From assembly GCA_036172245.1 (NCBI GenBank), contig JAYWIR010000002.1, positions 3,658,001 through 3,722,000 on the forward strand: DNA of 64,000 nucleotides. Direction: 5' to 3'. Both the position numbers and the translations under genes were made by a program. Origin of the DNA: Raillietiella orientalis. Its lineage: Eukaryota. Positions 24,901 to 38,246 of the stretch are shown piece after piece. Within the stretch, counting starts at the first letter, position 1; the number at the start of each line of letters is the position of its first letter. The notes under the pieces were generated by a model that was given only the letters and a program-made list of their open reading frames with translations, was not told the origin of the DNA and made no database searches.

Positions 24901-27900
24901 AGCAGTCCCAAGTTCTTCGCACGTGATCTTATCTTGGATTACAGGGCCATTTCTTTATAATAAATAAACAAAGTTTGCACGATAAGGAAGGGATCGACAT
25001 GTGCCGGCTTGAAACAAGAGAAACCAGACCTTGCCGGAGACAGAACATGGGGGGGGGGGGGAAGGGGGGAGTGGAAGAATAGATAAATAAATAAGGAACA
25101 GGATGGACCAACCTCGTGGTAACAATGATTTCCATCTAAGCAGGAAAGGGAGGGGGTTGCGTTCACCCGTGGTCGGGGACTCGTCTGCCCTCAATCGCCC
25201 GCCCAAAGTTCCCTCAAGGCTCATATTTCAGGGTGGATCCTTTCCGTGCCCCTCACGCGCAGACGGATGCGAAAGACGTCCAGGGATGACCGCCACGCTC
25301 TTCGTCCGTCCTGATCGCTGCGTCCGCTCTCTCACGCGGAGGGAGGACCGCCGACCGGTGGGTCTGTGAGAGTCCGACACGCCTGTAGGCAAGTCCTGCG
25401 GGCGGCGCCAAGGAGTCGAAGCGCCCCCGCGACGCGCTCTTGAAGCCTGAAACATTCGCGGGGGAAGAGTTCCCATCGTTCAGTGGTGGTGGGAACATTG
25501 CTTGGGGACTTCCTCCCCCCCCTTTCCTCCCGCTGAAGCGTGGCAGCATTTCTCATTTCGAGAGAGCCTCCCCGCCCCCGCATCAGCAAGGAGGAGGCGG
25601 GCTGGGGTACCTAAGAAGAAGGAGGGAGGAGGCGTTCATTGCGGAGCCTGAGATTTCTCGTGGGAGGCCCGGCCCATCTCGGAGAGTCCCGAGCCGGTCT
25701 CCGGAGTGGCTTCGCGTGTGCCGGTGGGGATGACGTTTCCTTTGAACGACGGAGGGTTGCCGAGGTGCCCGCGAGGGTCAGCGTTCCGTGGGAGCCGGCC
25801 TCCGGAACAAGGACGTGGCTGAGCCCGCACCCGTTCGGAGGACGGACCCGGGCCCCCGCGTCCTGGCGAGGGATAGGACCCGTCCTGTGGGTAGTGAACC
25901 CCCGCAGACTCTTGCCGGCGCACTCGGAGATCACCGAGGGAGGAAGCTGAAGAGATGCCGGAAGAAGAGAGAAGGAGAGAGGATTGTCACGCGTCCGGCA
26001 GCCATCTTAGCACGCGTCCGGGCAGGTGACGATGGGCCTTGGGCGATGCTGGTTTGAGAGTGGCTCCAGATGAAAGCGAAGGTCGAAGGTCCATCCCCCG
26101 CTTTCCGGAGGTGAGCCCGCCGGGATCGCTCTGACCTCGGGTCAGCAGGGACCGTCTCTTGCCTCGCAGATGCGCGTCCTCCTCTCCTAAAAGCCATCAA
26201 TCGGGGATGCTCCCCTCTCGGGAGTCCAAGGACGTCTGGAGATGCAGGCAGGTTGGCTCTCCCCTGGGAGAAGGGCTGGAGCAACGGGGACATCTGAGCC
26301 TCAAAGCATCCTCAGGGCCAGACCCCGAGACACATGATCATCCTAGCGCGCCTAGAGATTTCTCCCGACCTCGGTGCTCCCTCCGCGGTCCGGGGGCAAG
26401 AACAGCATCGCGACCTAAAGGACAGCTCTGGACGTTCTTCCGCTCTGGCAGCGCCCTCGGCGACGAAGGTAACCGCGAGCCCCGTGAAGGGAATGCGGCG
26501 AAGGGGTCCAGGCGAGGCTATAGGTGTGCTGCCGAAGATGTGCCTCCAGGACCCTCGTGGCTAGCATCAGAGAAAAGTCGGATCCCCCCCCTCCTCCCGG
26601 AACGAGAAGGGTCGAACCTCGGAGGGAGTGCGGGTGTGCGGCAGGAGGGAGTGGCACCGTCGTCCGGAAGGGACGCGGGCGTAGGCAGGCAGGGATCGGC
26701 GGACGGGGAACCCTATGGCGGCCCACCTATTCGGAGGGGGTCGGTGAGGCGGGGCCAGTCGCGTCCGGAGCGGAGGCCGCCTTTTGCGTTCCAAATTTAG
26801 AACACCCGAGAGGTTCGGCGGTATCCACCGCGCGTGGGTCCGCAGCAGCGGGCAGACGAGGCGGAGCGGGCTCGGCATCTGCTGATCGCGCGCGAGCAGA
26901 AGGATGAATCATCACCTCCCCACCCCCACCCCCTATCCCGCTCTCTCATCCTCAGCCCACGCGTAACGGCGGGAGGAATCGCCGGCTGCTCTTTGATTCC
27001 TCCCCCACGAGCGCGCTGCGGCGGCGGTGGCGGCTCAGCAGCAGCAGCAGCTGGCGGCCAGACGTCCGGCGCGGAAACTTCCGCGGCTCCCGCCGTTCGC
27101 GCATGCGTTCATCTCGTCAGGATACGGCGACGGCGGACCGGCGCGAAGGTCGCGGCGACCCCACGCGAGAAGCAGACGAGAAGGGCCGGGGAGGTCGAGC
27201 GGGAAATGGGGGGAGGGGGGAGGCCAAAGAAAAGGGAGGGCTGCCCGCGCGGAAAGGAGGGCGCCTCGAGCGCAGGGAAGCTGCTGCTGCCTCGCAGCGC
27301 ACTTCCTTCCCTCCTTTCCGTATAGACGCCCGGGAGGAGGGAGAGAAGGGGAAACCCTCGGTCGCCGAAGAGGGGACGCTTCCCCCCATTCGTCTTTCGC
27401 CCCGGGAGGCCGAGGAGACTTCGCCTCTTTTAGGGCATTGGTCCGAGGGTCTGCATCCTCGGGTATTTTCTGCTTGAGTCCGCAAACGGGGGAGAAGCGG
27501 CCTTTCGCGATCATGGGGCGATTCTTTCTCCGCTGCCGCATGGGCATTGGGGGGGGGAAGCCGAAGCCCTCTTGAGGAGCCCTCCGAGCGCTCGGGGTCC
27601 TCCCCGGAAGGGAATCAGGGAGGAGACGCTGCCTCCGGGAACCCCAGAAACAGGTGGCAGGGAACACCCTGGGTCCTCAAAGAAGTCCCGCGACGTTGCA
27701 AGAGGGGGAGATGGCCGTGCTCTTCGCCCCCCCACTCGCCGGCAGCTCCGCGGCATCTGCCTCCTCCCGACAGCTCCAGAACCGAAGGTCCCACCGCCCA
27801 CGCGGACCCTCCTCCCCTTGCCTTGCTGACGCTTACGTTTCCTTCGAGGAACCCGTGCTCCCGCAGAGATTCTGGCGAGACGCTGCCCTCCTCTCGGAGG

Positions 27901-30900
27901 GGCAGGAGGCGTGAAGACACTGCCCGGGGGAGTTGGCGGGCGCGCTCGTCCGAGGGAGCCGCCGCCTTATCGATCGAGCAGCTGGCGGACGGGCAGCAGC
28001 GGCCGCGTGAGTAATCGATCCGGGCGTCGCTGGAGCGCCGCGCGCGCCCGAGGAGGGAGAGCGGCGGCGTCCCCATGGATGCAGAGAGACGCGCGCGCAG
28101 GACGAGGTTCCCCGCCATCGGGGCGCCCCCGGGAGACGGCCCTCCCTCCCCGCGGGAGGGCAGCAGCGCCGACGGCGGCCCCGAGAGGGTGAGGCTCGCC
28201 GCCGCCGGTCCTTTCCGCCCGCCGGCGGCTGCCGGGAACGGCGGCCCGTCGGAGCGAGGAACAGGGGTCTCCCTGCGGCCTCCGCCCATCCTCCGGGCGC
28301 TCCGAGACTCCCGTCGGCAGGAGGGACCTGCGACTCCGGGAAGGCACGCTCGGAAGGAGCACGCAGGAGCGTTCGGTGAGTGCCTTTGTGCCCGGGACGG
28401 CTGCTTCCCCTGCTCGAGGGCCCCACGGGAGGGATGCGCACCCCTCGTGCCCGGGACCGCGTCCGGAATCCGTTCCTTGCTCCCCCCCCATCCCGCGCGC
28501 GGACACTTCAGCAGGGGGGTTAGGGAGAGGGTTGTAGACTGCGAGAGGGCGAATGGGGCAGCTCTCTCGGACAGGGGCGTCCAGTTCGGTGCCCGTAAAG
28601 CCTGAGATGCGCCTCTTTCTGGGGGGATCTTCTCAGGAAAGGCAGGGAAGGCGGAGGAAGGCGCACCCCGACTCCCCTTTCCCCCCTTCCCCCCTGCTCT
28701 CGTCTTTCAGGGAAGCTGCGTGGGTTGGAAGGAGCCACGTTCTTCCAGGGAGCGGTACATCCGCCGCAGCACAGTGCTGTTCCCTACTCTCGGAACTTTC
28801 CAGGAGGGGAGGGAGGGAAATGGCCTGTCCTTGCTTTGGCTCAAAGCCCGGCGACCTTAGCGACGCTTCCGAGAGTCGTCGGTCGGCCCACGCGTTCCGC
28901 ACCCATCAGAGTGGGCCCCTGTCACCTCCTGCCTTTTCCTGGATGCACCAGGAACGCCGTGACTCGGGACAGCTTTTTCTTCCTTCCCCCCCCCGCCTCC
29001 CTTTGAGGGTCACCCTGTAGGCCCATTGCCTCCTTACGGCCGGAGGGCCTCCAGGAAGGGCGAGGGCGCACTTCTTCCCTTGGTTTGGAGGAGGAGAAGC
29101 GAGAGGCCCCTCCTTCCCTGTTCCTCCCCTCCTCCCTTCCCATCGCCACGGCTCCTGCCACGAGGACGCGTGCGCGCTCTGCCACGCGCCGCGACCTCCG
29201 GCGCGCCCCGGCGAAGAGTCCCCGTCTGACGGGGATGCTCCACCACGCCCCCCAGTCCGAGGACGCTCCTACAGCCGCGGCTGGCCCGGACCCTCGCGAG
29301 AAGCGCCGCGGAATCTGCCCCTCGGGATTGGCGGGGAGGTCACCAGGAAGAGGACGAGCGGCTGCATCCTTCGGGCGCGGTCCGCAGTGACCTGGAGATC
29401 GCAGCGGCGGCGTCCCTTCCTTGGACGGCGCTGCCTCGCTGGGCGGAGGACCTCTCCCGAAATGGACTCCGAGAATCAAATGGGGTCACTCCTCAGGAGG
29501 ACAGAGACCTTTCGGACGAAGGGCGGGGGGCACCGAGGAAAGTTTGGCCGTCCTTCCTCTCGGACCGCCCTCCCCGTCCCGAGGTTGCCTCGTCGCGTCA
29601 ATGGAATTGCGCCCTCCCCACTCCCACCCCTTCCGCAAAGAACTCGGGAGGGCCGGTGTCGGACAGACCCAATACCCTTGCACTCAAAAGGGAGGCCTCA
29701 GGGTTCTTCAGAAGGAAGTGGAGGAGTGTCCCGCGCGCTCAGCGAAGCAGCGGGACCCCCTTGCCCCTCCCCCCCCCGTCGCAGGAAATGGGGGATCGGA
29801 AAAGGGCAAAGGGTTCGCCTTGCTGATAACATCGGGTCCGAAGGTGCGCTCCCGTTCGCCTGCCACCTGCGTTTGGGGCCGATCAGTGTGTCTCCCAAAC
29901 TCGCTGGTTTGTCCTCTGGTTTCCTGGTTCCACATGCGCGCGGGGATCCCGGAGGTTTTCCCTGACCGGAAGCGGGAGAGGTCGAGGTGCCAGAGGGGGT
30001 CTCGATGAGGGATGCTTCCCTCCCCTTATTTTTCCGCGTTGATCGGTGTCTGCCGTGGTCCCTTCGGCGCCGACGGGCGGAGGAAGCGCCGACGGCGCCA
30101 CCCTCCGGTGAGGAGTCGTCAGCAGGTCGCCCCGTCGTCCCCTCGGATGCTTCAGAGCCACTCATCGTCCTCCATCCCCGCCGGAAGCATCGCGGCCCCT
30201 CTACTCGGAGGACGCTGGCCCCGGATTGCCCTCCTTTAGAGGGAGGGATGACTCCGCTGCTGCGGCTGAAGGACGCCTCTGCTTCCAGGCTCCGCCAAGA
30301 GCGACGACACCGACTCGAGGGTCGCCCACGCGACCAGGAACACGGAGGCTCTCTACCGCGAAATCTTCCAGGAGTGCTTCGGGCCCGCGCTGGACCAGGT
30401 AACCCGGATGCACGCACCCGCCGCCGGCCCGCACCCCCGGCCCCTCGCGCCCTAGAGACTCGGAGAGCGGCTTTCGGTTGCAGGGCCTGAGGGACGCCTG
30501 CCGGAAGTGCTGGCTGCGCCTCTCGCACGGCAGCCTCCTGGAGGAGACCACCCGCATCGGAAATCACCTGCTTCCGTAAGTAGAGAGAAGCTCGATACCC
30601 CACCCACCCCCTTCCTGCCCTTTGCGGTGCCCGCGGGATTAGCCGGGAGGGAAGGAATGCGTCCGTCCGACTCTCCTCCCCGGCGAGACATCAAAGCGGG
30701 AAACGAAAAGGGCGGGGTCGAGGCGAAGTCGAGGCATCCTTCCGGCTGCTGCGATCGGAAGAACGTGGCGCCTCCTCCTGTGGTTCCCCGCAGGAGTTGG
30801 GGTTGCAGGCCCCTCCTGATCCGGTGAACCTGGAGCGGTAGGGTGGACGCTCCCCCTCCTCCTTCCTCCTCTCCCATTGGCACCAAGGGCGGAACGGGTC

Positions 30901-33900
30901 CCTCCCGTCCTTGGACCCTGTTCCGGAGAAGTCCGTCCTCCCGAGAAATAGTCCCTCTACTCACCCCCACCACTGCCCTTTTCTTATCCTCCTCCCCTCT
31001 CCGGCGGCCCACAGTTTCTTTGGCGCGGTAAAGGGACGCTGTTTGTCCTCCCTGCCATCGCTTTCCGGCTCCAGGTCTTCTCCTCGTCCCTGTCCTCAAA
31101 ACCCCATTGGGGAGGATGCAACCCCTCCCTGCATGGGGTCGCGCTGCCGAGCTCTCCTTTCCGCCAATCCTTCCCTGCTCGCTTTTCCCACAGACAAGCC
31201 GGTCCCGAGACTTCCCGTCTCCGAGGGGTCCCTACTCCTGACGTCCCCTTCCCCCGAGTGTCCCAGGACTCCAGCGATGAAGGGGAGTCCTTCAACTTTC
31301 TGCGCCCTGCGCTTCTTCCTGGCTGCACCCGCCCTCCTGACTGTGGGCCGTGGTGACCGTCGGGCCAGCCCGCCGGACGCAAGTCCCTCCCTCACTGCCC
31401 GACAGAGGAACCTTACCAGAGAGGGAGGAACGCACGCAACCCGTCCCGGGTTCGGGTCGAGCAGAAGGATGGGCGCGCTCTCCTCGAGTCACCGGTTCGC
31501 CCGAAGGCCGTCCCGATCTTCATCCTCCCGGGAGGAACGAAGCAGGATGCCCCCGATCGCGCCTTCCCCCGGCCGGGAAGGGCCGTCCCCGTCGGGTCGG
31601 CCGAGCCAGGTCCGCATGACGGGAGTCCCCGGCTTCCCTCCCGTCGCGCTTCCTCCAAAGCCCGGGAGGGCACATGAGGGGAGCAGGCGCACAGGAGACC
31701 GCGGGACGTCTTGCTCGAAGCGTATCGATCTCCCGGAAAGCCTCCCGCAATTACGCACAGCCACGTCCTGATTCCATCAAGCGTACATAATTGTACATAA
31801 TTGCGTGCACCGTCTCCCGGGCGGGATCGTTTCAAGGAGGAGAGCCGTTCGCCTCTCTTCCTTGCGTTCCGGCCATCAAAAAAAGGAAAAGGAACCGAAG
31901 ACAGAGAGGGGAGCAAAAGGGAAGGCCGCCAAGGTCGCGACCACAGGACGAGAGGGGGAAAATTGGGGGAGACGGGAAAAATACCCAGCTCACGCTCCCC
32001 TTCTCCTTCCATTCCCTCTAGGGATGCAGGTCGCTTGCTTTACTGGAAACAGCGAGCCCCTCTTCACGCAGTTGCACGGAATTCGCATCCGAGAGCCGAG
32101 CTCTGTCCTTTGCGATGGCGGTTTGAGCAAACGGCGGGATCCACACGTCGCCTCGTGCAGCTTCGAGGGGACCCCGGGACTCCAGCCTTTGCTTGATCGG
32201 TCCTCTGTCAGATGATTGCTTTCCTACGGCTGCACCCCACGTCCCTCCTTTCGATCTGCATGCTCGTAGTGCGCAATATGTCCTGGCTAGGTCTGCCCAC
32301 GTGGACTAAAGGAAAAGGACGGAACGATAACAAGTGATAAAGTGAGCTTTAAAGAATGGGAGCACGCATGAGCACAGAAAGGGACCACAACAACCCCCAC
32401 TTCCACCAAGCAAACTCATGCTGATTGAGGCGATGATTTTTTTTTTAAAAAAGCAAAAAAACTGCCACTCTACAAACGACGGGCAGTGAACTGTGTGCTC
32501 CCGAAGCACACAAAATGTTCCTTTGAGAGTTGCAATCGCTACTTTTGGCGGTTGGTACACAGCATCACTCCACACACTCACTTGAAGCGTGCAAGGCGCA
32601 GCATTCCTCATTACACTCGCTGCTCGCCAATCCCGCCACCGGGACTCAACAAGTTCCCTCAAGGAACGTGCTGGACCGGACGCTTTGAGAGATCGCAGCT
32701 TCCGTGCCTGCGCGAAAAGCACCGAACTCGCTGCGGCTTCCCTTGGCTGGAAATCCATTTGGCTGCCGGAGTCGCCCCTTCGTTCTCAAAGGGAGCGGAG
32801 TGGTGGACTCGAACGAGTCCCGCAGGAAGAGAGTGGGAAGAGCGGGCACGGAACTCGAGCACGTTTGCCGTGAGTCGGCCAGCTGGGCGGGAGAGCGAGT
32901 GGAACGCGTCGTTCTTGACGACGGGAGGACGCGAACCAGCCCTGTTCTATAATTAGCTCCCGCGAGCTCATTGTTGAGGGAGCAGGGTGCGCGGGTGATC
33001 GGCGGAGGCCCGCGGCGTGCACTCCTGCGCGCACCCGTGGTGTTTCTTCCCCCCCACTTCTTCTTCCCCTCCTGTGGTGCTTTTCCCTGGGAACCGGCGA
33101 ATCCAGGGATGCTCTGCCTCAGCGACCTGCGAGGCATCCGACGATCCGTTAGTGGGAGGCGCGAGCGACGAACGATTTCTTCCCTCCCCCCCCCCTTTCC
33201 CTCCCCCTCCCCCTCGCGCGCTTCAGGTAGTGGAGCTGACCCTCTTGTCGTCTTGGGAACGCTCGCAAACCCTGCGAATATCGGATGCGCAATTCATGTG
33301 CAGTCTCCGATCGAGTCCGCCTAACCATGTAGCGGGAAACTTTCATTTCTTCAGTTCGATCATTTCTTGCGGAATCATAAAAGGCGATGCGGACGAGGGC
33401 AGGTGTGCTGCTCGGGATGTTCGTGTTTTCGCCCGCTGCTTACCTGATGGAGGCGGATGGACGCGCTGTGGCTTCCTGAAAAAGTTGCGCGGCCCACACT
33501 CGTCCGGCATGTGCAAAATCAAGAGAAGGAGGTGGAACTGCCGAATGTGGGACCGACTCTGCCACCGCAGGGTCCGTGTGACTCCGAATCGAGAGTACGC
33601 ATCGTGCTTGACTCCTTTTGCGATTGTGTAGCGTTTCGTTGATGTAAGTGGTGGCAAGCATCACAGAGCTACCTACCCCCTCCCCCTACACCCCCCCCCC
33701 CTCCCACCCTCCGTCCCCTTCCCCCTTTCCTTCCCGCAGCGGTCTCATATCCCGAGGTCTCCGGAGGGTGATGAAAAGAGGCCTGCACAGGGGATATTGC
33801 TCTCCTCCCCACCCCCCTCCCTCCCCATCCAGTCCTGAAGCTTATCTCCTTTTCCTTATCTGTATCTCGTGTACGTGTGTACAGATTTGAAACACTCGTG

Positions 33901-36900
33901 AAGGGTTTTTTGTGCGGGCTTGACTGCTGCCCGCGTGAGATTTGGCCATGCCTGGGGTTGATCCAACCGTCACGCTCGTTTTTTTTTTTTTTTTCCACGG
34001 TCTCTGAACACACTGTGCTTTCTAACGTGTGTGTTTTTCCGTGTCGTAGGACGTGCCATGCTGGGCAGCCATCCTGGAATAGCAAGACCACAACTCGGTT
34101 TGCACTTTCGTCGTCTCTGAGTGATCCCACCCACACGGAAAAACATGTGAACTCAGGTACAGAAAGAAAAATCCAATGGCGGCGGCACATACTTTTATCG
34201 ATTTTCCGCTGATCTCTCCCCCCCTCCCCCCCTCCTTTTTTTTTTTTTTTTTCCTTTTTTTTTTTATTCTTTATGGAGAAATCCTCGCACCGTATTTGCG
34301 TTTTGCCATGTGTTTCCAAACCATCGGGACGGCTCCTCGTGCCATCCTTTCTTCTTCGAGTTCAACTCGCACCACGTTGCTAAGGTCTGTTGCTGCTCTT
34401 CTCTTCGAGCGCCGTTCTGGTCGTTGGTTCATCCGAGCGGGTGCGTCTCCGAGAGCTTCCACGGGCACAGCGACCGTTGGCAGACGAAAAATGAAAGGAT
34501 GATCTGCGTGCGTGGCAGTGGGTGGGTGCTTCACGCGGTAGTCAGACGTGCGATTCGCTTCGTCCGCTTTGCCCGCTCCCTTCAAATGGGCAGGCAGTGG
34601 CTCGCCCGCCGACGGACTTCCCTCGCAGCCCGCGACCCGTTCGTGGGAGAGGTTCGCCGTTTCCCTGCGAGCGAGTGACCCTCCTGATTTTCCCGTTACC
34701 GTTCAGCACGTCTGACGTCAGGACCAGGCGCTGCGGACTTCACTGCGCCTCCTCGCCGTGACCATGAGGAGCCAGCACGGTGCGGGCAGCACTGCATAAT
34801 TCAAGCCAGAAATCGATAGCGCCGGGGAGCTCCGCGGGCTTGACCGGACGCGCCGGGCGAGGACCCACGGAACAGATGACGTACCGTGACGGATGGGTGC
34901 AAAACGGCGGCGCGGAATGCGGATCCTTGAAGAGGAAGAGGAGACACGCTCCTGGAACAGCCACAGGTTTCACCAAATCGCCTTTTAGCGTGACCCGCAC
35001 GCTTTTGCCGAGAGGATACGGGAAGGCGGTTCTTCTTTCCGTGCCCTCTGCGGAGGGAGGCGTCCGCGTGCGCGGACACGGTCGAGGGAGCCGAAGGGAG
35101 CGCTCTCTTCGACCCTGGCTGCTGTCGTCATCCTCCGGAGGAGAGCGCGTCCTTTGCGGATGCGCGCGAGTCCTTCCAGAGAAGGAGGTACGCGGCTCCG
35201 CTTCCTTCCCTATCCCCCCCCCCCCACTCCATCGCAAGAACGGGTCTTTCTCTTTTGCGTCCCGTAGACCCGGGAGGTGTTTGGATTCCCGAAGAGGACA
35301 CCTCTGCCTGGTTCGAAGGCTCGTGTTCCCCCCTGCGCGGAGGCGACAGGGAGCGGGAGAGGGAGGCGACGATGATGGTCACAACAGAGTCGACGACCCG
35401 GCAACTCGCACGTACAGAAGAGCGCAGGAGTCAGGATTGCCCAATCGGAAAGCCATCCCCCCCCCCTTCGCCCCCTGTTCACGAACCCTCCATCAGCGGG
35501 GTGAGCGGGAAAGTCCGTCTCCAAGGCTGCCGAAGGTCCTCGACGGCCCGAAGAGAACCTTGAGCCTTCGGGATGGTCGGCAGGAAGGCCTGGAACCTTT
35601 CCGGGTTTTTTTTTTCTTCTTTTGCTTCCCCGCGGCGAATGGGAGCCGCGAAAATTCCTCGTACCGAAAACGCTGGAAGGGCGTTCCGACAGAGCTAGGT
35701 CACCGGGGACGCGCCTCCTATCCCAGGGACGCGTTTCTCCTGGACACGCTTGCCGACGTATTCCTGAGATCTTCGACCGCGCGCCGCCGCCGTGGGATGA
35801 GCGACGTCCGCGCGAATCGTTACTGGAGAGATTTCTCTAAGCGCATCTCTCCGCAGCTGCTGAAGCCGCACGTGAGAAGCCGGCGGTGGCTCCCGCGAAG
35901 CAGCGTCCTCATCGATGCCACGAGAACGGCCTCGTGAAGAAGCAGCTGCAAGATCCTGAGATCAGGGAGACTGGCAGAAAGTCTACAGGGATCGGGAACG
36001 GCTCGCTGGTGAGTGACCTTTCGTTTCCCAGAGAAAGGGGGGGGAGGAAGTAAAGGGGAGGCGGCTCACCGGGAAGCAGTGCATCGACCAGACTCCTCAC
36101 TGGTGTCCGTCGCTTCTCCCGAGGGTCCACTAGCCCGCGGTCGAGGGAGGCGACCACGGAGGACCCTGTCGACGGAGACACGTGGCTCAGGGCACCTACC
36201 ATCGTCACCTTCCCCCTAGGGGTCGGGGATGAGGCTGAAGGAAGGTTGTAGGCTGCAGGAGGCGCCATCCATCGAGTGCGCGGAGTAGGTCGTCTCGCGA
36301 AAGGAACCCTCCGTTGAGCCCTTCAGCTAGACTTCAGCAAGAAAGGGGGAAGGGTCCAGAATCTGTGTCAATGTCAGAGTATCTGACGTCACGCAGCGGG
36401 GACCGCAATTCACCCTTCTTTCTGCCTGCCTCCCGGCCTTCCCGGCGACCGGAGAGCATCCGAGACGCTGCGAGCTCCTGCCGCAGAAGATGCTGCTGCG
36501 ACTCACACATCCCAGCGCTATCGCCGCAGGGTGCGCTTGGGAGAACCGCAGTGTCCAGGTGGGAGGCAGGGCTGAGGAGAATGGTGTCATCCGCTTTCTT
36601 CTCTCGAGAGAGAGTACCTCCCACCGACGTGGGGAGAACCCCCACCTCAGCTGCCTCGATGGAAGGAGCGCCCTTTCCGAAAGGGACTCTGGATAGCTCG
36701 GGAAAGGGGTGGGGAAGGTTCATCTCCTCTCCTCCCGAACGAGCCTTCCCAGATGTCCCGCCCCGTGAAGTCGTTTCACCCTCCTTTTCCGGGATGAACG
36801 GGGAATGGACGGGGAAGAGAAAGAAAAAAAAAGGGCGCTGCGCCCTTTTTCTCACCCTCCCCACGTTCCCCTCCTCCCTGGCGTGTTCCCTTTTTCCTCC

Positions 36901-36972
36901 TGTCCCCCCTCCCACATCTCCCTGCAGATGCTGCTCCGCCGCACATAAGAGTGTTTTTTCCTGGTTTCCCAG

Positions 36973-38246
36973 ATCCGCCCCTTCCTCCTGGACCCCTGCG
37001 CGGTAACCGGAGAGCAGAAGCGAGCTCAAGAGGGAGAGCGCCAGGTAGGCCGCCGAAGCGACGAGCGTCCGCACGAACCAGGTGAGACGGGCTGCGGGTC
37101 CATTTCTCCCTCCCCCCAAGCCGACCTCCTCTCCCAGCTGAAGGCCGCGTGAGGGTGACCTCCAGGTCGGTCTTCGGGCCGGAGCACAAGGCCTCTCCCT
37201 GCTTCCCCAACGTCCTCAGAAAGGAAGGACTCTCCGTCAGAGCACTCCTTCGGATGAACCACGAGAAGGGAACGCGCCGAAGGTCCAGGACGCGTCACAA
37301 CTCCCTGGAGCAGGGAAGTCTCCGGAAGGAAGAGGATGCAGCAGCGAGGGGGTCGCAAGAGACAGCGGAGGAGGAGAGCCGCCGCCGAGCCGACGTGAGC
37401 ACGAGAAAGACGGGAGGGAACCGTGGCGAACCCTACGCTTCCCGGGTCCTTTCCAGAAGCACGAAATCAGGAACGTCCTCTCCAAGAAGCACCAAAGCGA
37501 GCCCTACCTCTTGTTCCGTCTGCCCGGCACGACGACTGTTAGCGACAGCGAGTGGGCGGGATACCGGGAGCCTACCGAGGACTTCGCTGCTGCCTGTACC
37601 TCGGATACACACGACCTGCAAAGTCCAGGTGACGCATCCCCGGAGGAGCGTTTTTCCCTTCCTTCCCCATCTTAACTCGTCCTTCCTCTCCAGATTGCCT
37701 GAGTACGGCAGCGATGGCACCTTCTGAGATATCGAAGGAGCTTCAAGGAGCTCCTGATCCCGCCTTCGTCCCGGAGAGACAAGCAAGTCCCGTGGCGACG
37801 TCTATGAACGATCTGCCCGTCCCGGAGGGACCAGCAAGTCCTGTGATGACGCCTCCCGACGACCTGTCAGTCCCGGAGGGACCAGCAAGTCCCGTGGCGA
37901 CACCTCCCGATGACCTACCCTTCCCGGAGGGACCAACAAGTCCCGTGGCAACGCCTCCCGACGACCTGCCCGCCTCGGAGGAAGCAGCAAGTCCCGCGTC
38001 GTCATCTCCCGACGACCTGCCCGTCTCAGAAGGAGCGGAGATTCCTTCGATGCCTTTCGGGGACCTGATAGTCCAGGAAGGGGCGGACAGTCTCTCTACA
38101 TCTTTGGACACAGGGAGCGATGCCGTTGGTGCAGAAGGAACCCTTCCGTCGCTGGCCGTCATCTCCGGGAGCGATTTGCCTCCTGAAGGGAACAAGGCAG
38201 AGCCGTCTCCCTGGAAGGAGGAAACTCATGAAGAGTTCAGAGCACA
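36973..38246 (+). CDS. Probable upstream low-complexity exons of the TOG-domain gene
   Basis: Phase-compatible exon chain 36973-37081, 37138-37394, 37457-37628, 37694-38246 with GT donors and pyrimidine-rich AG acceptors. The last exon ends in phase 2 (CA|gtatgc), matching the acceptor at 41259/41260. No recognisable domain and no start codon located. Confidence 0.5.
37780..38034 (+). repeat. Coding minisatellite, 5 x 51 bp (17-aa unit ~PASPVATPPDDLPVPEG)
   Basis: Units start at 37780, 37831, 37882, 37933 and 37984 (e.g. ccagcaagtcccgtggcgacacctcccgatgacctacccttcccggaggga). A degenerate sixth unit follows. Confidence 0.92.

Noticed and set aside
24400..36900. Long ORFs including 34780-35937 (385 aa) and 29698-30603
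   Set aside because: Same GC artefact; no recognisable motif or consistent splice chain.
37780..38034. Regularly spaced repeats as a possible CRISPR array
   Set aside because: The units are contiguous and homologous along their whole length, with no unique spacers, no cas genes and a eukaryotic context.
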